A stretch of 64,000 nucleotides of DNA from an uncultured Verrucomicrobiota bacterium (GTDB lineage Bacteria > Verrucomicrobiota > Verrucomicrobiia > Limisphaerales > AAA164-E04), in assembly GCA_964342825.1 (NCBI GenBank), contig CAYFHO010000003.1:42971-106970 (forward strand), given 5' to 3'. Every line of letters begins with the position of its first letter. The stretch's first letter is position 1. This document shows, piece after piece, positions 1 to 9,860 of the stretch. The notes below the pieces were generated by a model. The model searched no databases. It was not told the origin of the DNA and saw only the letters and a program-made list of their open reading frames with translations. The translations under genes and the position numbers were made by a program.

Positions 1-1
1 T

Positions 2-607
2 GGACGTTCCTCCAATACCTACAACCATTACACTTGGCATTTGAACCAAGCACAGAACGAACCTTCAGTCCTATTTTACATGATGTTCGGTTCATGGTTC
101 GGAGATTGGAATTTAACCGATGAAAACTGGCTCCGAGGTGTTCTCGCCACACCTAATTATGGTTTAATATCCGCTTACTATCCTAAATTTTGGAAGCTTC
201 AAAAAATGGCACTGGGTGCACCGTTTGCAGTGGCCATGCTTGAGATGGGAGATACAACAGATATTTTCCGAGAAGCACCACGCATGCTTAGCATCATGGG
301 TGATCCTACTCTGCGAGTTCACCCGCTCAGTCCTCCCAGCAATCTCACAGGCCAGTTGCTCGATCAACAAATCGAATTGACCTGGGATGCTTCTCCTGAA
401 GATGGATGCCTGTATTTTGTCTACAGAAAAGATCCGGTTGAAGGCTTCCAACTCATGAATACAACTCCGGTGGAGGGAACGTCATTCACCGATGAAGATC
501 CAATTTTCCTGAATCCCCTTTACATGGTCCGAGCAGTCAAATCTCAACCAAGCGGAAGCGGAAGTTACCGCAATTTGAGTCAGGCCGCCTACTCGACGAT
601 CGACTGA
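2..607 (+). CDS. C-terminal part of a larger protein (5' end outside window) with an Fn3-like tail
   Basis: The frame is open from position 2, with no stop before the TTG at 41, so the ORF enters from upstream. The tail LSPPSNLTGQLLDQQIELTWDASPEDGCLYFVYRKD...GTSFTDEDP has a fibronectin-III-like pattern. Confidence 0.5.
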   Translation, partial: GRSSNTYNHYTWHLNQAQNEPSVLFYMMFGSWFGDWNLTDENWLRGVLATPNYGLISAYYPKFWKLQKMALGAPFAVAMLEMGDTTDIFREAPRMLSIMGDPTLRVHPLSPPSNLTGQLLDQQIELTWDASPEDGCLYFVYRKDPVEGFQLMNTTPVEGTSFTDEDPIFLNPLYMVRAVKSQPSGSGSYRNLSQAAYSTID

Positions 608-2920
608 TCATCTCGCCAGAAAGGCAACTCCACTGCGATCATCACGGCATTCTTTGATCAGTTTTTGATAAGTTTGCCGTGCGTGATCGTAGGCGCTGAT
701 GGCATCCTGCATTTCCCTTTTGGCAATGAAACGTTCCTTATTCTTCCAACATTGTTCGACACCGGCCAGACACCACTCGGCACTGCGACGAGAAGCCCGA
801 ATGGGTTGATCATCGACAATCACAAAGACCGGATTGGTGTGAGCACTGGGCAATATACGTACGGCCACCCAGCTGCTGAATTGGATTGGCGTCTTAAATT
901 CCAGGTCATTCACCTTGCCATCCGCCAAAATCTCCTGACGAGCAACGGGATATCCGTTCACAATCAACTCAACCGGCACTTTGCGTGAATCACCGATGCG
1001 AGCACGTTCAACATGCCAGTAAGGTTTTTGCTGATAAGGCCGGTCCCTGAGGGCGGGATTAGGGTTTTCATTGAGTCGAGACGCAACGCGCACTTTCACT
1101 GATACCTCTTGCCCTTGGTCCAACTTCAGCTCACTCCCCATTTCTCCCATGGCACGATGTTCCACCTTGAAATCCATCAGATGGCTGTACCCATCACTGA
1201 CATAATTCTTTCCTTCACGAATCCCCTCACACCAGGCTTCGTAATTGAGTTGGCTGCCAAGTTTGACATAACTGCGCCCCAACCCAACGCGCTCTCCATA
1301 AATGCACGGGAAGTCTGTTTCCCCGCTGATGCGGGTGCGATAACCCACGTTAAGAGTGTGATACCAGATATTAAGCTCCCAGGCGTACGGAGTGTCCACG
1401 GTTGAAAGAAAATCGACGGCTGGCACTAGCCGGCCATCGGGTCCGGGAATCTGGTGAGTCACATCCACGATATATTCGTTGGCACCAATTCCGTCAAATG
1501 GAGGCACCTCGTAGTTGGGCAAAGCGGCTCCTGCGACTTCCAGCCCCCATCCCGAGTGGGCCGGCCCCACCAATGCGCCTTGCGCCTTGGCCCAGCGCAG
1601 GGTGTTCAAACAGAGAGTAGGCCAATGATGTTTCGATTCCCCACCTGGAAATATCTGTTCTTTAAGCCTCAATAAACATAAATGCCCGGATTGATGGGAA
1701 CCAAATCCAGAGACTTCCACATCATATCTCAATAAATAAGGATAGAGGGATACCTTATCGTCTTCTCCGGTGAAGAATTGCTTCTGATAGTCAAAGCAAG
1801 GTCCCCAGGTCAAATTGGCTCCTACTTTCAAATCTTCACCCAAAATGTGGCGCAACATATCGGGGGCATGAACTCCCTCCGTGGGGTCTGTATAATGCGC
1901 ACACCCCGCCGCATGGATATGATGATCCCCACTCCAGTATCCAAACAAAGACGGATCAATCCATCTTTGAACTGAAAAATGAAGATTCCTGGTTTGTTCC
2001 GTTATTTTAACCGTTCTCGTGCTGGGGATGGATTCAGGTCCGCGGGCAAATTTGAATTGATAAGTCCCAGCAGGTAAGCGAAGTGTTTCTCCGTCATTTC
2101 GATAAATTTGTGGATGAAAGGCAAAATCTGGCGCAAGTCGTTTGGCTTGGGATGGATAAACTCTCCCTAATGAATCTCGAATCTCAAACATTCCTGTGGT
2201 GGGTTTCCCTTCTTCATCTTGTATGTTGAGAGTGATTTCAACCGCAGGACGACAGGTAAAAAGCAGGTCCACTTCATTACGAAATCCAATATCCTGAGTT
2301 CCCTGCCCCACATTAAAACCCATTCTGGCTTCACGTTTGCCTGAATCACGACTGTATAGCTGGATCAGCCGATATTCCAATTCCAGGCCTGACAAGGTCT
2401 TTGTCAGCGGTTGAGCATCAAACATCTGAACCTCCAACCAACGATCTTCAACGGTTTCAGCCGGAGAATTATGAAGCCGAATAGCGTTTGGACTTTGCGC
2501 TTTTAGCGAGGCGGTAACCCCTGCCTGATTGTTAACCTTGACCAAAAACTGAGTCCAACCATGCTGCATCAGTTCAGGAGCAGCAGGTCCCTTGGCGACT
2601 TTCACCCTCATTTCCGGATTGATATTCACCAAATAGAGACAGTGCTTGTCCAAAATCGACTGTATCTGCCGCGAGCCAAATGCAGCGTCTGGTGCTTTCA
2701 TGGCTGATTCGATGGCAGTTTTCTCGTTATCTGAGAAAGGAACACCCAGGTAATCCGTCGCTTCAATGATTCTTCTCACCTGTGCCTTCAAAGGCTGCCA
2801 GGCAACATCCGCTACAACAGGCACTTCTGCGGAAATCACGGAAGCAGCTGGAGCCATGATGGAAAAAATTAGCACCCAAATGAGGATGCCACCGTTGGAA
2901 GAAATAGAAGGAGATTTCAT
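608..2920 (-). CDS. secreted metallohydrolase candidate (PHP / CehA-McbA-like)
   Basis: 770-aa ORF with an N-terminal hydrophobic signal (ILIWVLIFSIMAPAASVISAE). YWSGDHHIHAAGCAHY is an HxH metal-binding motif. The family assignment is tentative. Confidence 0.55.
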   Translation of the reverse strand: MKSPSISSNGGILIWVLIFSIMAPAASVISAEVPVVADVAWQPLKAQVRRIIEATDYLGVPFSDNEKTAIESAMKAPDAAFGSRQIQSILDKHCLYLVNINPEMRVKVAKGPAAPELMQHGWTQFLVKVNNQAGVTASLKAQSPNAIRLHNSPAETVEDRWLEVQMFDAQPLTKTLSGLELEYRLIQLYSRDSGKREARMGFNVGQGTQDIGFRNEVDLLFTCRPAVEITLNIQDEEGKPTTGMFEIRDSLGRVYPSQAKRLAPDFAFHPQIYRNDGETLRLPAGTYQFKFARGPESIPSTRTVKITEQTRNLHFSVQRWIDPSLFGYWSGDHHIHAAGCAHYTDPTEGVHAPDMLRHILGEDLKVGANLTWGPCFDYQKQFFTGEDDKVSLYPYLLRYDVEVSGFGSHQSGHLCLLRLKEQIFPGGESKHHWPTLCLNTLRWAKAQGALVGPAHSGWGLEVAGAALPNYEVPPFDGIGANEYIVDVTHQIPGPDGRLVPAVDFLSTVDTPYAWELNIWYHTLNVGYRTRISGETDFPCIYGERVGLGRSYVKLGSQLNYEAWCEGIREGKNYVSDGYSHLMDFKVEHRAMGEMGSELKLDQGQEVSVKVRVASRLNENPNPALRDRPYQQKPYWHVERARIGDSRKVPVELIVNGYPVARQEILADGKVNDLEFKTPIQFSSWVAVRILPSAHTNPVFVIVDDQPIRASRRSAEWCLAGVEQCWKNKERFIAKREMQDAISAYDHARQTYQKLIKECRDDRSGVAFLAR

Positions 2921-3070
2921 ACTAGTGTCGTTCAGGATTCAGAAAGGAGAATATCAATCCACGCCCAATTGTCATGGGATTTTTTGATCACAAGGGATGG
3001 GAAGTTGACTGCGAATTCCTCCAAGCCACCCTTGAATCGGTGAAGGATAAGGTTTAGGGGTGAACATTGA

Positions 3071-3931
3071 ATGGAAACCAAGTTGAAATCATCTACCCTG
3101 ATATTGGCCATACATGGTTCTACGGAAGACAATCGACCAGCCTTGGCCGGACAAAGATTGGCAGATACTATTCGTAAGCATGGACTTTTTCGGGAAGTCA
3201 AAGCGGCTTTCCACAAACATGCGCCCCTGCTCCATGAAACCATTGATCAAGCAGATGGGAATCCCGTCGTCATTATTCCCATGTTGATGAGCAGTGGTTT
3301 TTTCGCGGAGAAAATATTTCCCAAAGCACTCCAATTGGATGCCGTTCCAATTGATCGATTCCCGAAGGTAACCGGGTATAAAGGGAAAACTGTCGTGTAT
3401 GCTCATCCCATCGGCTTGCATTCAGGGATGAAATCGTTGGTGATTGAATCGGCAAAAACTGTCCTGGAGCAACACCCTTTCCCGTTCAAGACACCCCTCA
3501 GCAAGACTTCCATAGCCTTGATTGGGCACGGCACATCCCAGCACACAAAATCTCGAGGATCGGCGGATGCACTGGCAGAGGAGTTGTCTTCAGATCCTGA
3601 TATTTGTCAAGGATCTCGCACATTCTTTATTGAGGAGAATCCTGCCATTAAGGAGATATACCAATGGAACACACCAACCAGGAACGTGGTTGTGGTTCCT
3701 TTCATGCTCGCTGACGGTCCACATGCTATTCAGGATATCCCAATAGCTCTGGGACAACCCGAGAGGGAGATTGAAGAAAGACTGGAAAAGGGCAATGCGA
3801 CCTGGCGAAACCCTACAGAAAGAAATGGTAAACGGATTTGGATCAGTCAGCCCGTCGGCTTATCCCCGCTGCTTCCTGATCTCATTATCGATTATGTGCG
3901 AAAAGAGATTCCAAAAGTTTTGATAGATTGA
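3071..3931 (+). CDS. CbiX/SirB-type sirohydrochlorin chelatase-like protein
   Basis: Two CbiX-like half domains, each starting with a beta-strand plus His-Gly motif (LILAIHGS..., ALIGHGTSQH). Confidence 0.55.
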   Translation: METKLKSSTLILAIHGSTEDNRPALAGQRLADTIRKHGLFREVKAAFHKHAPLLHETIDQADGNPVVIIPMLMSSGFFAEKIFPKALQLDAVPIDRFPKVTGYKGKTVVYAHPIGLHSGMKSLVIESAKTVLEQHPFPFKTPLSKTSIALIGHGTSQHTKSRGSADALAEELSSDPDICQGSRTFFIEENPAIKEIYQWNTPTRNVVVVPFMLADGPHAIQDIPIALGQPEREIEERLEKGNATWRNPTERNGKRIWISQPVGLSPLLPDLIIDYVRKEIPKVLID

Positions 3932-4017
3932 TTCGGTTTCCAAATCCATATAACCTTCACGCCCGGATGGAAAAACCATCGGCTCGGTTATCATTATTGA
4001 GCCCACGTGATAGTAAA

Positions 4018-4914
4018 ATGGAGTGGAACAAAGTTAGTTTACTGGGATTAGGCCTGCTAGGAGGTTCCCTGGGAAAAGCGCTGATTGCCGGCAACCATGC
4101 AAAGAGGGTCGCCGGTTTTGTGCGTCGTCCTGAGCGCATAAAAGAAGCATTGGATGCTGGAGTTGTCCATGAGGCTTCCATGGATTTGGAAAACGTGGTG
4201 AGAGATGCTGATTTGGTAGTGCTTTGCACGCCTGTTCTGAAAATGCTTCCCATTTCCAAATCAATGCAACCCTTTCTAAGTCCAGGTGCTCTGGTTACAG
4301 ATGTTGGCAGTGTCAAAGGTCCTTTGGTAAACTCGTTGGATCCCATTATCTCCAAAGCCAAAGCCTCTTACATCGGCTCCCATCCGATGGCAGGCAGCGA
4401 ACAGCAAGGGCTCATCCATGCCAAAACAAATCTCTTTGATGGGGCTACCTGTGTGATCACCCCAACTGCGTCAAACTCCAACGATGATCTGTTGAGGATA
4501 AAAAGCTTGTGGCAACAGGTGGGAGGTATCCCTGAAATGATGGATCCGGAAGAGCATGACATCATGGTAGCTCGCTGCAGTCACCTGCCCCATTTAGCGG
4601 CCAGTATGCTTGCAGACTGGGTATTGGATCCCAATCATGGTGACCAACAATCGAGACTCTGCAGCACCGGATTCAAAGATACCACGCGCGTCGCATCCGG
4701 ATCCCCTGATATGTGGGGAGATATCCTGACATCCAATAAGCACGCACTCATCCAATCACTGAATTCCTTTGAGGAACAATGCCAAAAGGTTAAGAGTTGG
4801 ATACAAGAGGAAAATCATGATGCCCTCTATCGCTGGCTCAAAGACAGCAAAACGAAACGAGACGCATGGTTGGAGTACTTTAGAGAACGCAGGCTCAACC
4901 AAGAAGCTGAATGA
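4018..4914 (+). CDS. tyrA: prephenate/arogenate dehydrogenase
   Basis: Rossmann motif VSLLGLGLLGGSLGKAL and the GSHPMAGSE motif. The ORF is open from TTG 3928, but ATG 4018 gives the canonical N-terminus, so the start is uncertain. Confidence 0.8.
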   Translation: MEWNKVSLLGLGLLGGSLGKALIAGNHAKRVAGFVRRPERIKEALDAGVVHEASMDLENVVRDADLVVLCTPVLKMLPISKSMQPFLSPGALVTDVGSVKGPLVNSLDPIISKAKASYIGSHPMAGSEQQGLIHAKTNLFDGATCVITPTASNSNDDLLRIKSLWQQVGGIPEMMDPEEHDIMVARCSHLPHLAASMLADWVLDPNHGDQQSRLCSTGFKDTTRVASGSPDMWGDILTSNKHALIQSLNSFEEQCQKVKSWIQEENHDALYRWLKDSKTKRDAWLEYFRERRLNQEAE

Positions 4915-4956
4915 CCCGTTCATGCCAATTTCCTTTTCTCCAGAAGGTCCAACAAA

Positions 4957-6246
4957 ATGCCATTACCAGAAAACATTCTCCTACATCCCCTTGAAACGCC
5001 TGTCAAAGCTGTCATAGGCATTCCGGGCTCAAAGAGCATCACCAACCGGGCGTTGATTCTTGCGGCATTAGGTAACGGGATCACCACACTCAAGGGAGCG
5101 CTTTGGAGTGAAGATACTCAGGTGATGGTGGAGTGCCTGCGAAAGATTGGATTCCAGATCCAGGTGTCAGCTGATCCTGGCGACAATGCAAACCGGCAGA
5201 TCGAAATAGAAGGATTAAGCGGTAAACTCCCGCCAAAATCATCATCCTCTCAACCTCTGAATTTACATGTCGGCAATGCGGGAACAGCGGCGCGGTTTCT
5301 GTTGGCGATGACTTGTCTGGGCCATGGACAATATCGCCTGTCTGGAGTCGATCGAATGCATGAACGCCCTCAAAAAGAGTTGATCATGGCCCTCCGTGAA
5401 CTCGGATATCAAATTGAATCTGAAAATGGAAACCTGCCCGCAATCGTTCACGCTGAAGGGCCCAAACCGGGCAACTCTTGCAAGGTATCGATGCATGGGA
5501 GTTCACAATTTGCCTCGGCATTGTTGCTCTCAGGAAAAGCAGGAGGTTGGAAAGTTGACATCTCGCAGGAGGAATCGGAGCATGCTCCCTATGTGGACAT
5601 GACCCGATCCATGATCGAGTCATTCCCAAAATCTGATAGAGCCGAATATCAAATTGAACCAGACTCATCGGGAGGAAGCTATTTTTGGGCAATCAGACAC
5701 CTGTTGGCAACCAACAAAGGGAATCCCCACGAAAACATTCAAATCCCCAACTGGCCAAAAACTTCCTGGCAGATTGACACGGAATTCCCCAACTTTTTGC
5801 CTCTACCACCTTCGGTTTCCCGAGCAGTCGACTTGGGAGACAGCATTATGACCGCTATCGTCCTGGCACCTTTCGCAAAAGAACCAGTCACTTTTACCGA
5901 ATTGGGACGACTTCGAGTGCAGGAATGTGAACGGGTCGAAGCTTTAAGGGTGGAACTCACCAAGTGCGGAGCAAGAGTTGAAGAGAAAGGAGATACGCTC
6001 ACCGTGCATCCCGGCCCACTTCACGGTGCAAGCATCGACACTTACAACGATCACCGGATGGCCATGTGTTTTGCGGTGGTGGGGGCCATTGTCCCGGACA
6101 TCACCATTAAAAACCCAGCGTGCGTGAAAAAAACTTTTCCAAATTTCTTCCAAAAGTTAGCTTCTCATGCCCCGGCGGGCTTGGGTATGAAGATGAGCGA
6201 TGCCTCGACCGGAGAATTACTCGATCCAAACAATTTAATTGCCTAG
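4957..6246 (+). CDS. aroA: 3-phosphoshikimate 1-carboxyvinyltransferase (EPSP synthase)
   Basis: 429 aa. Motifs: IPGSKSITNRALILAALG, LHVGNAGTAARFL, NDHRMAMCFAV. Confidence 0.9.
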   Translation: MPLPENILLHPLETPVKAVIGIPGSKSITNRALILAALGNGITTLKGALWSEDTQVMVECLRKIGFQIQVSADPGDNANRQIEIEGLSGKLPPKSSSSQPLNLHVGNAGTAARFLLAMTCLGHGQYRLSGVDRMHERPQKELIMALRELGYQIESENGNLPAIVHAEGPKPGNSCKVSMHGSSQFASALLLSGKAGGWKVDISQEESEHAPYVDMTRSMIESFPKSDRAEYQIEPDSSGGSYFWAIRHLLATNKGNPHENIQIPNWPKTSWQIDTEFPNFLPLPPSVSRAVDLGDSIMTAIVLAPFAKEPVTFTELGRLRVQECERVEALRVELTKCGARVEEKGDTLTVHPGPLHGASIDTYNDHRMAMCFAVVGAIVPDITIKNPACVKKTFPNFFQKLASHAPAGLGMKMSDASTGELLDPNNLIA

Positions 6247-6254
6247 ATAAACCC

Positions 6255-6926
6255 ATGAAGAAGGATTCCCCCATCGTGATTGCCATAGATGGCACGAGCG
6301 CAAGTGGAAAGAGCACAAATGCCAAACTTGTTGCCAGTAAGTTGGGTTTTGTCTATGTAGATACAGGTGCCATGTATCGGACTCTCGCCTGGTATTGCCT
6401 CAAGTCACGCGTCGACATTCACGATCCAAAAGCCGTCGCACAATTGTGTAAAAAATGGAAAACAAAGCTGATGTGCTTTGACGGCCATGTCAGACTGCTG
6501 GTCGATGGTTATTATCCCGAAGCCGAGATTCGCACGGCGGAAACCAGTGCAGCCGTCCCCCATGTCGCTGCAGTTCCCAAAGTGAGGGAGTGGATGAAAT
6601 TCAAGCAAAGGGATTGCATCGAGTTTGGTTCCATTGTCATGGAGGGGCGTGATATTGGCACTCAAATCTTTCCTGAAACCGAGCATAAATTTTACCTGGA
6701 TGCCAATCTAGCAGAACGCTCCAAAAGGCGGGAAGCCGAAGGTGTGCAGGAGGACCTCGCCAAGCGCGACCAACGTGACAGCCAGCGTTCCACCGCCCCT
6801 TTGATGGTTCCACTGGGCGCCATGATTGTGAACACTTCTGGTTTATCTCCCGATGAATCCAGTCAGCAGATCATTGACGCGATCAAAGAGAAATCACCCG
6901 CCATCCAGGAAGTGTCCCAGGTATAA
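6255..6926 (+). CDS. cmk: cytidylate kinase
   Basis: P-loop IAIDGTSASGKST followed by YVDTGAMYR. ATG 6255 was chosen over the 6120 start, which would overlap aroA. Confidence 0.9.
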   Translation: MKKDSPIVIAIDGTSASGKSTNAKLVASKLGFVYVDTGAMYRTLAWYCLKSRVDIHDPKAVAQLCKKWKTKLMCFDGHVRLLVDGYYPEAEIRTAETSAAVPHVAAVPKVREWMKFKQRDCIEFGSIVMEGRDIGTQIFPETEHKFYLDANLAERSKRREAEGVQEDLAKRDQRDSQRSTAPLMVPLGAMIVNTSGLSPDESSQQIIDAIKEKSPAIQEVSQV

Positions 6927-6989
6927 TATCAGATTTTCTGAAAAGAGCTGACGGCAGATTTTTGGGCAAACCTTAGAACAAGACAAGAA

Positions 6990-7646
6990 ATGCGATTTGG
7001 TTACTTCTTATTTTGGTGCGGGTTTCGGTCCATCTTCCGAGTTTTTTTTGGTTGCCGCATTTATCACCCCGAAAGGGTTCCCGGGGATGGGCCAGTTTTA
7101 TTGGCTGCCAATCATGCAAGTTTCATGGACCCCCCCTTGATTGGATCCAGTTTAAACCGTGAAATTCATTACCTCGCACGCAATACACTGTTTCGCTTTC
7201 CGATTTTTGGAAGCATTTTAAGATACATCAATGTGATTCCTGTGGATCGGGATGGCAGAAGCCCAAAAGGCCTGAGGGTTGTTTCCAATAAACTCAAGGA
7301 AGGTCATCCAGTGATCCTCTTTCCCGAAGGAACGCGCAGCCCTGATGGCAAGTTGCATGAAGCCAAATCAGGAGTGGGGCTGCTAGTTATTAAATCCGAT
7401 GCCCCTGTGGTACCCATAAGAGTTTTTGGCACATTTGAAACCTACGGCCGCCATCTCAAATGGCCCAAACCAGGCCGGGTGCAAATCAAAGTTGGCCATC
7501 CGATGCAGTTTGACGCATTACGACAAGAAGCCAGGACTGCCAACAAGGATCGTATCAAGCAAATATATCAAGAGGCAGCTGATGAGATCATGATCGCCAT
7601 TGCAAATCTGACCCCCAATGAGGATTGCCTGAAATTTGGAAACTAA
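6990..7646 (+). CDS. plsC: 1-acyl-sn-glycerol-3-phosphate acyltransferase
   Basis: Acyltransferase motifs NHASFMDP (HX4D) and FPEGTRS. Confidence 0.85.
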   Translation: MRFGYFLFWCGFRSIFRVFFGCRIYHPERVPGDGPVLLAANHASFMDPPLIGSSLNREIHYLARNTLFRFPIFGSILRYINVIPVDRDGRSPKGLRVVSNKLKEGHPVILFPEGTRSPDGKLHEAKSGVGLLVIKSDAPVVPIRVFGTFETYGRHLKWPKPGRVQIKVGHPMQFDALRQEARTANKDRIKQIYQEAADEIMIAIANLTPNEDCLKFGN

Positions 7647-7703
7647 CTCGTAAGAGCTTGCCGCTTGCTTCCCTCATCGCAGAGATGCAAGATTTCCCAA
7701 ACA

Positions 7704-8516
7704 ATGTCTGATAAAAGCAAAAATTTCATTCACCTGACATCACACGTTCACGAGCTATCCTGGAAAACCGAGGTAATCGCAGAAGGCGGCTCATGGATCT
7801 GCCTCAACAAACAAACACACCTCAACACAGAGTATGATCACCATCATCAGGATCGCCCACACATGGAAGCGATTGTGGAACAGGATTTGCAGCGTCAGGC
7901 AGGTTGGATACGAGAGAGAAACATTGGGTTTCTTAAACCTGTAAATATTCTGGATTTTGAAACAACTGGCGTAAGTTTATGGGCAAAAAGTGAACCTGCG
8001 GAAATTTTTCTTAAAGACTGCATTCATTCCGAACAACCCAATAGAATATTCCACGCACTGGTTCACGGAAGTCCCGAAGAAGATCAATTTGAAATCGATC
8101 TCAAACTCATACCCCACCGATTTCAACCCTGGGTCATGAAAGCGAGCAAAGACGGAAAAAAATCAATCACCCAATGCGAAGTCCTTGAACGGTTTCGGGG
8201 CTATACTCTTTTAAAATGCATCCCAATAACCGAGCGCTACCACCAGGTAAGAGTACATCTGAGCTGCCGCCAATTCCCCATTGTAGGGGATTCGATTTAC
8301 GGGGGGGGACTTCTGATGCTTTCGGAAATGAAACGGAATTACCGCCACAAGAAAAACAGACCTGAGCGCCCACTGCTGGATCGAGCGGCCATTCATCTTG
8401 CAGAATTTTCTTTTCCAGATCCTGATTCACAAGAAACCCAGAGTGTCGCAGCTCCAATGCAACATGATTGGGAGGTGGCTTTCAAATACCTCCGGAAATA
8501 TGCCTCTGAATTCTGA
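7704..8516 (+). CDS. RluA-family pseudouridine synthase-like protein
   Basis: ILDFETTGVSLWAK resembles the HRLDxxTSG catalytic-Asp motif, and HQVRVHL is a family motif. The N-terminus is atypical and there is no S4 domain. Confidence 0.5.
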   Translation: MSDKSKNFIHLTSHVHELSWKTEVIAEGGSWICLNKQTHLNTEYDHHHQDRPHMEAIVEQDLQRQAGWIRERNIGFLKPVNILDFETTGVSLWAKSEPAEIFLKDCIHSEQPNRIFHALVHGSPEEDQFEIDLKLIPHRFQPWVMKASKDGKKSITQCEVLERFRGYTLLKCIPITERYHQVRVHLSCRQFPIVGDSIYGGGLLMLSEMKRNYRHKKNRPERPLLDRAAIHLAEFSFPDPDSQETQSVAAPMQHDWEVAFKYLRKYASEF

Positions 8517-8531
8517 GCTTGAAAGCGTGAT

Positions 8532-9815
8532 CTAAAACCGGAAGAAGCTCTCCGCATTTTTAGACAGGATTTTCTTACCAAGGGAAAGTGCCTGCTTGGA
8601 ACTGATGTACCCGCCTGAAACTTTCTCATTCAACACTTCAACCAGCAGCTTGCGAAAATTCTGCATTGTTCCAACTGTTTCTTCTATATGCCAATTGTCT
8701 CCGCCCAACATCATCCTTCCCTCGTCCGGCAGAATCTCGATTGCTTCGTGCAGAGCCAACTTGAAATGCGATGGACTCAATAACCAGGACCAGGTGAGAT
8801 CAATCCAAATATTACGGTAGACAAACGCCATACCAAGCAAGTCCCGACTCCACGGATAAGCCAGATGCATCAGGAGAAACCGTGTACCGGGGTTTCTTTC
8901 AATCAAGGAGGCGACTTGCATTGGGTGAGAGTCACGAATGATGGCGGTCCCCAGATGCATTTGGATGGGAATATCCATTTCCGCCGCCAACCGGCAGATA
9001 AAATCAACAACATAGTCGCCAAAAGCCAATTTCTCTTCTGTAGTTGGATTCCTTTTTCCCCATGCCATTTCGGCTAATGTTTTATTGGGTTTCTTAAACT
9101 CAATGCTTCGATCATAGGCCAGGGCATTTTTAAAAGCCAAATGACCCTTTGACAACATTTGGGTTGCAAGTCCACGGATGGACTCAAGATAGTCCTCAAA
9201 GGTTTCAGGGAAATAACCGGCCGAATTCAATAATTTTATGGCTGCATTGCCATTATGATCTCGAGCATCCGAATGCCATCCTAACGCAAAAGCATTGATC
9301 CTGATAACAGACCGATATTCTGATCCAATTGAATCTTTCGCAATAAGCAATGGATTGGTGTAATCATCTGTGATCACACGGGAGATGTTAGCTTCGGAAA
9401 GAATTCTGGATTGGAAACCTGCTTCCAATCGACTCTCCTGAACACGCTGATTCAGTGTTTCCCAATTATCACGATCAATCCATTTCCAATCTGAATCTCC
9501 GTGCACAGCCAGGATCCCACTACAAACATTTCTAACAAAACTATTGGATCCACGGTCTTCCAGATATGGCCTCAGAGCATCCCATCCAAAAGGTTTGAGA
9601 GTTGGTTCCAAGAGCACTTCTTCACGATCTTCACTTGGCAATGGGTAAGGTCTGTCAATCGTCCACCCGGCATAACTCTGCTGAAACAACGCCAGGAGAT
9701 TTACCTTGGGCGATAGATAAATTTTTGGAATGTGATGTTCATGTACGTCCAGAATGGGCGCAGTCAATAATTCCTCATACCACCGCTCAATTTTAGTCAT
9801 CGCTGACTGAAGCAA
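8532..9815 (-). CDS. amidohydrolase-family metal-dependent hydrolase
   Basis: 427 aa with an N-terminal DVHEHH metal-binding motif and a TIM-barrel-like length. The substrate is unknown. Confidence 0.55.
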   Translation of the reverse strand: MLQSAMTKIERWYEELLTAPILDVHEHHIPKIYLSPKVNLLALFQQSYAGWTIDRPYPLPSEDREEVLLEPTLKPFGWDALRPYLEDRGSNSFVRNVCSGILAVHGDSDWKWIDRDNWETLNQRVQESRLEAGFQSRILSEANISRVITDDYTNPLLIAKDSIGSEYRSVIRINAFALGWHSDARDHNGNAAIKLLNSAGYFPETFEDYLESIRGLATQMLSKGHLAFKNALAYDRSIEFKKPNKTLAEMAWGKRNPTTEEKLAFGDYVVDFICRLAAEMDIPIQMHLGTAIIRDSHPMQVASLIERNPGTRFLLMHLAYPWSRDLLGMAFVYRNIWIDLTWSWLLSPSHFKLALHEAIEILPDEGRMMLGGDNWHIEETVGTMQNFRKLLVEVLNEKVSGGYISSKQALSLGKKILSKNAESFFRF

Positions 9816-9860
9816 TTTTGAATACTCAAAATAAACACCTGTTTCGATGTAACCGGTAAA

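Noticed and set aside
6120-6254. The extended 5' part of the cmk ORF overlapping aroA. Similar long-ORF starts occur at 33402, 30659, 20412, 48054 and 54042.
   Set aside because: Internal ATG codons give canonical N-termini (a P-loop, or Tat/Sec signal peptides) and remove improbable overlaps. The extended starts were not adopted.
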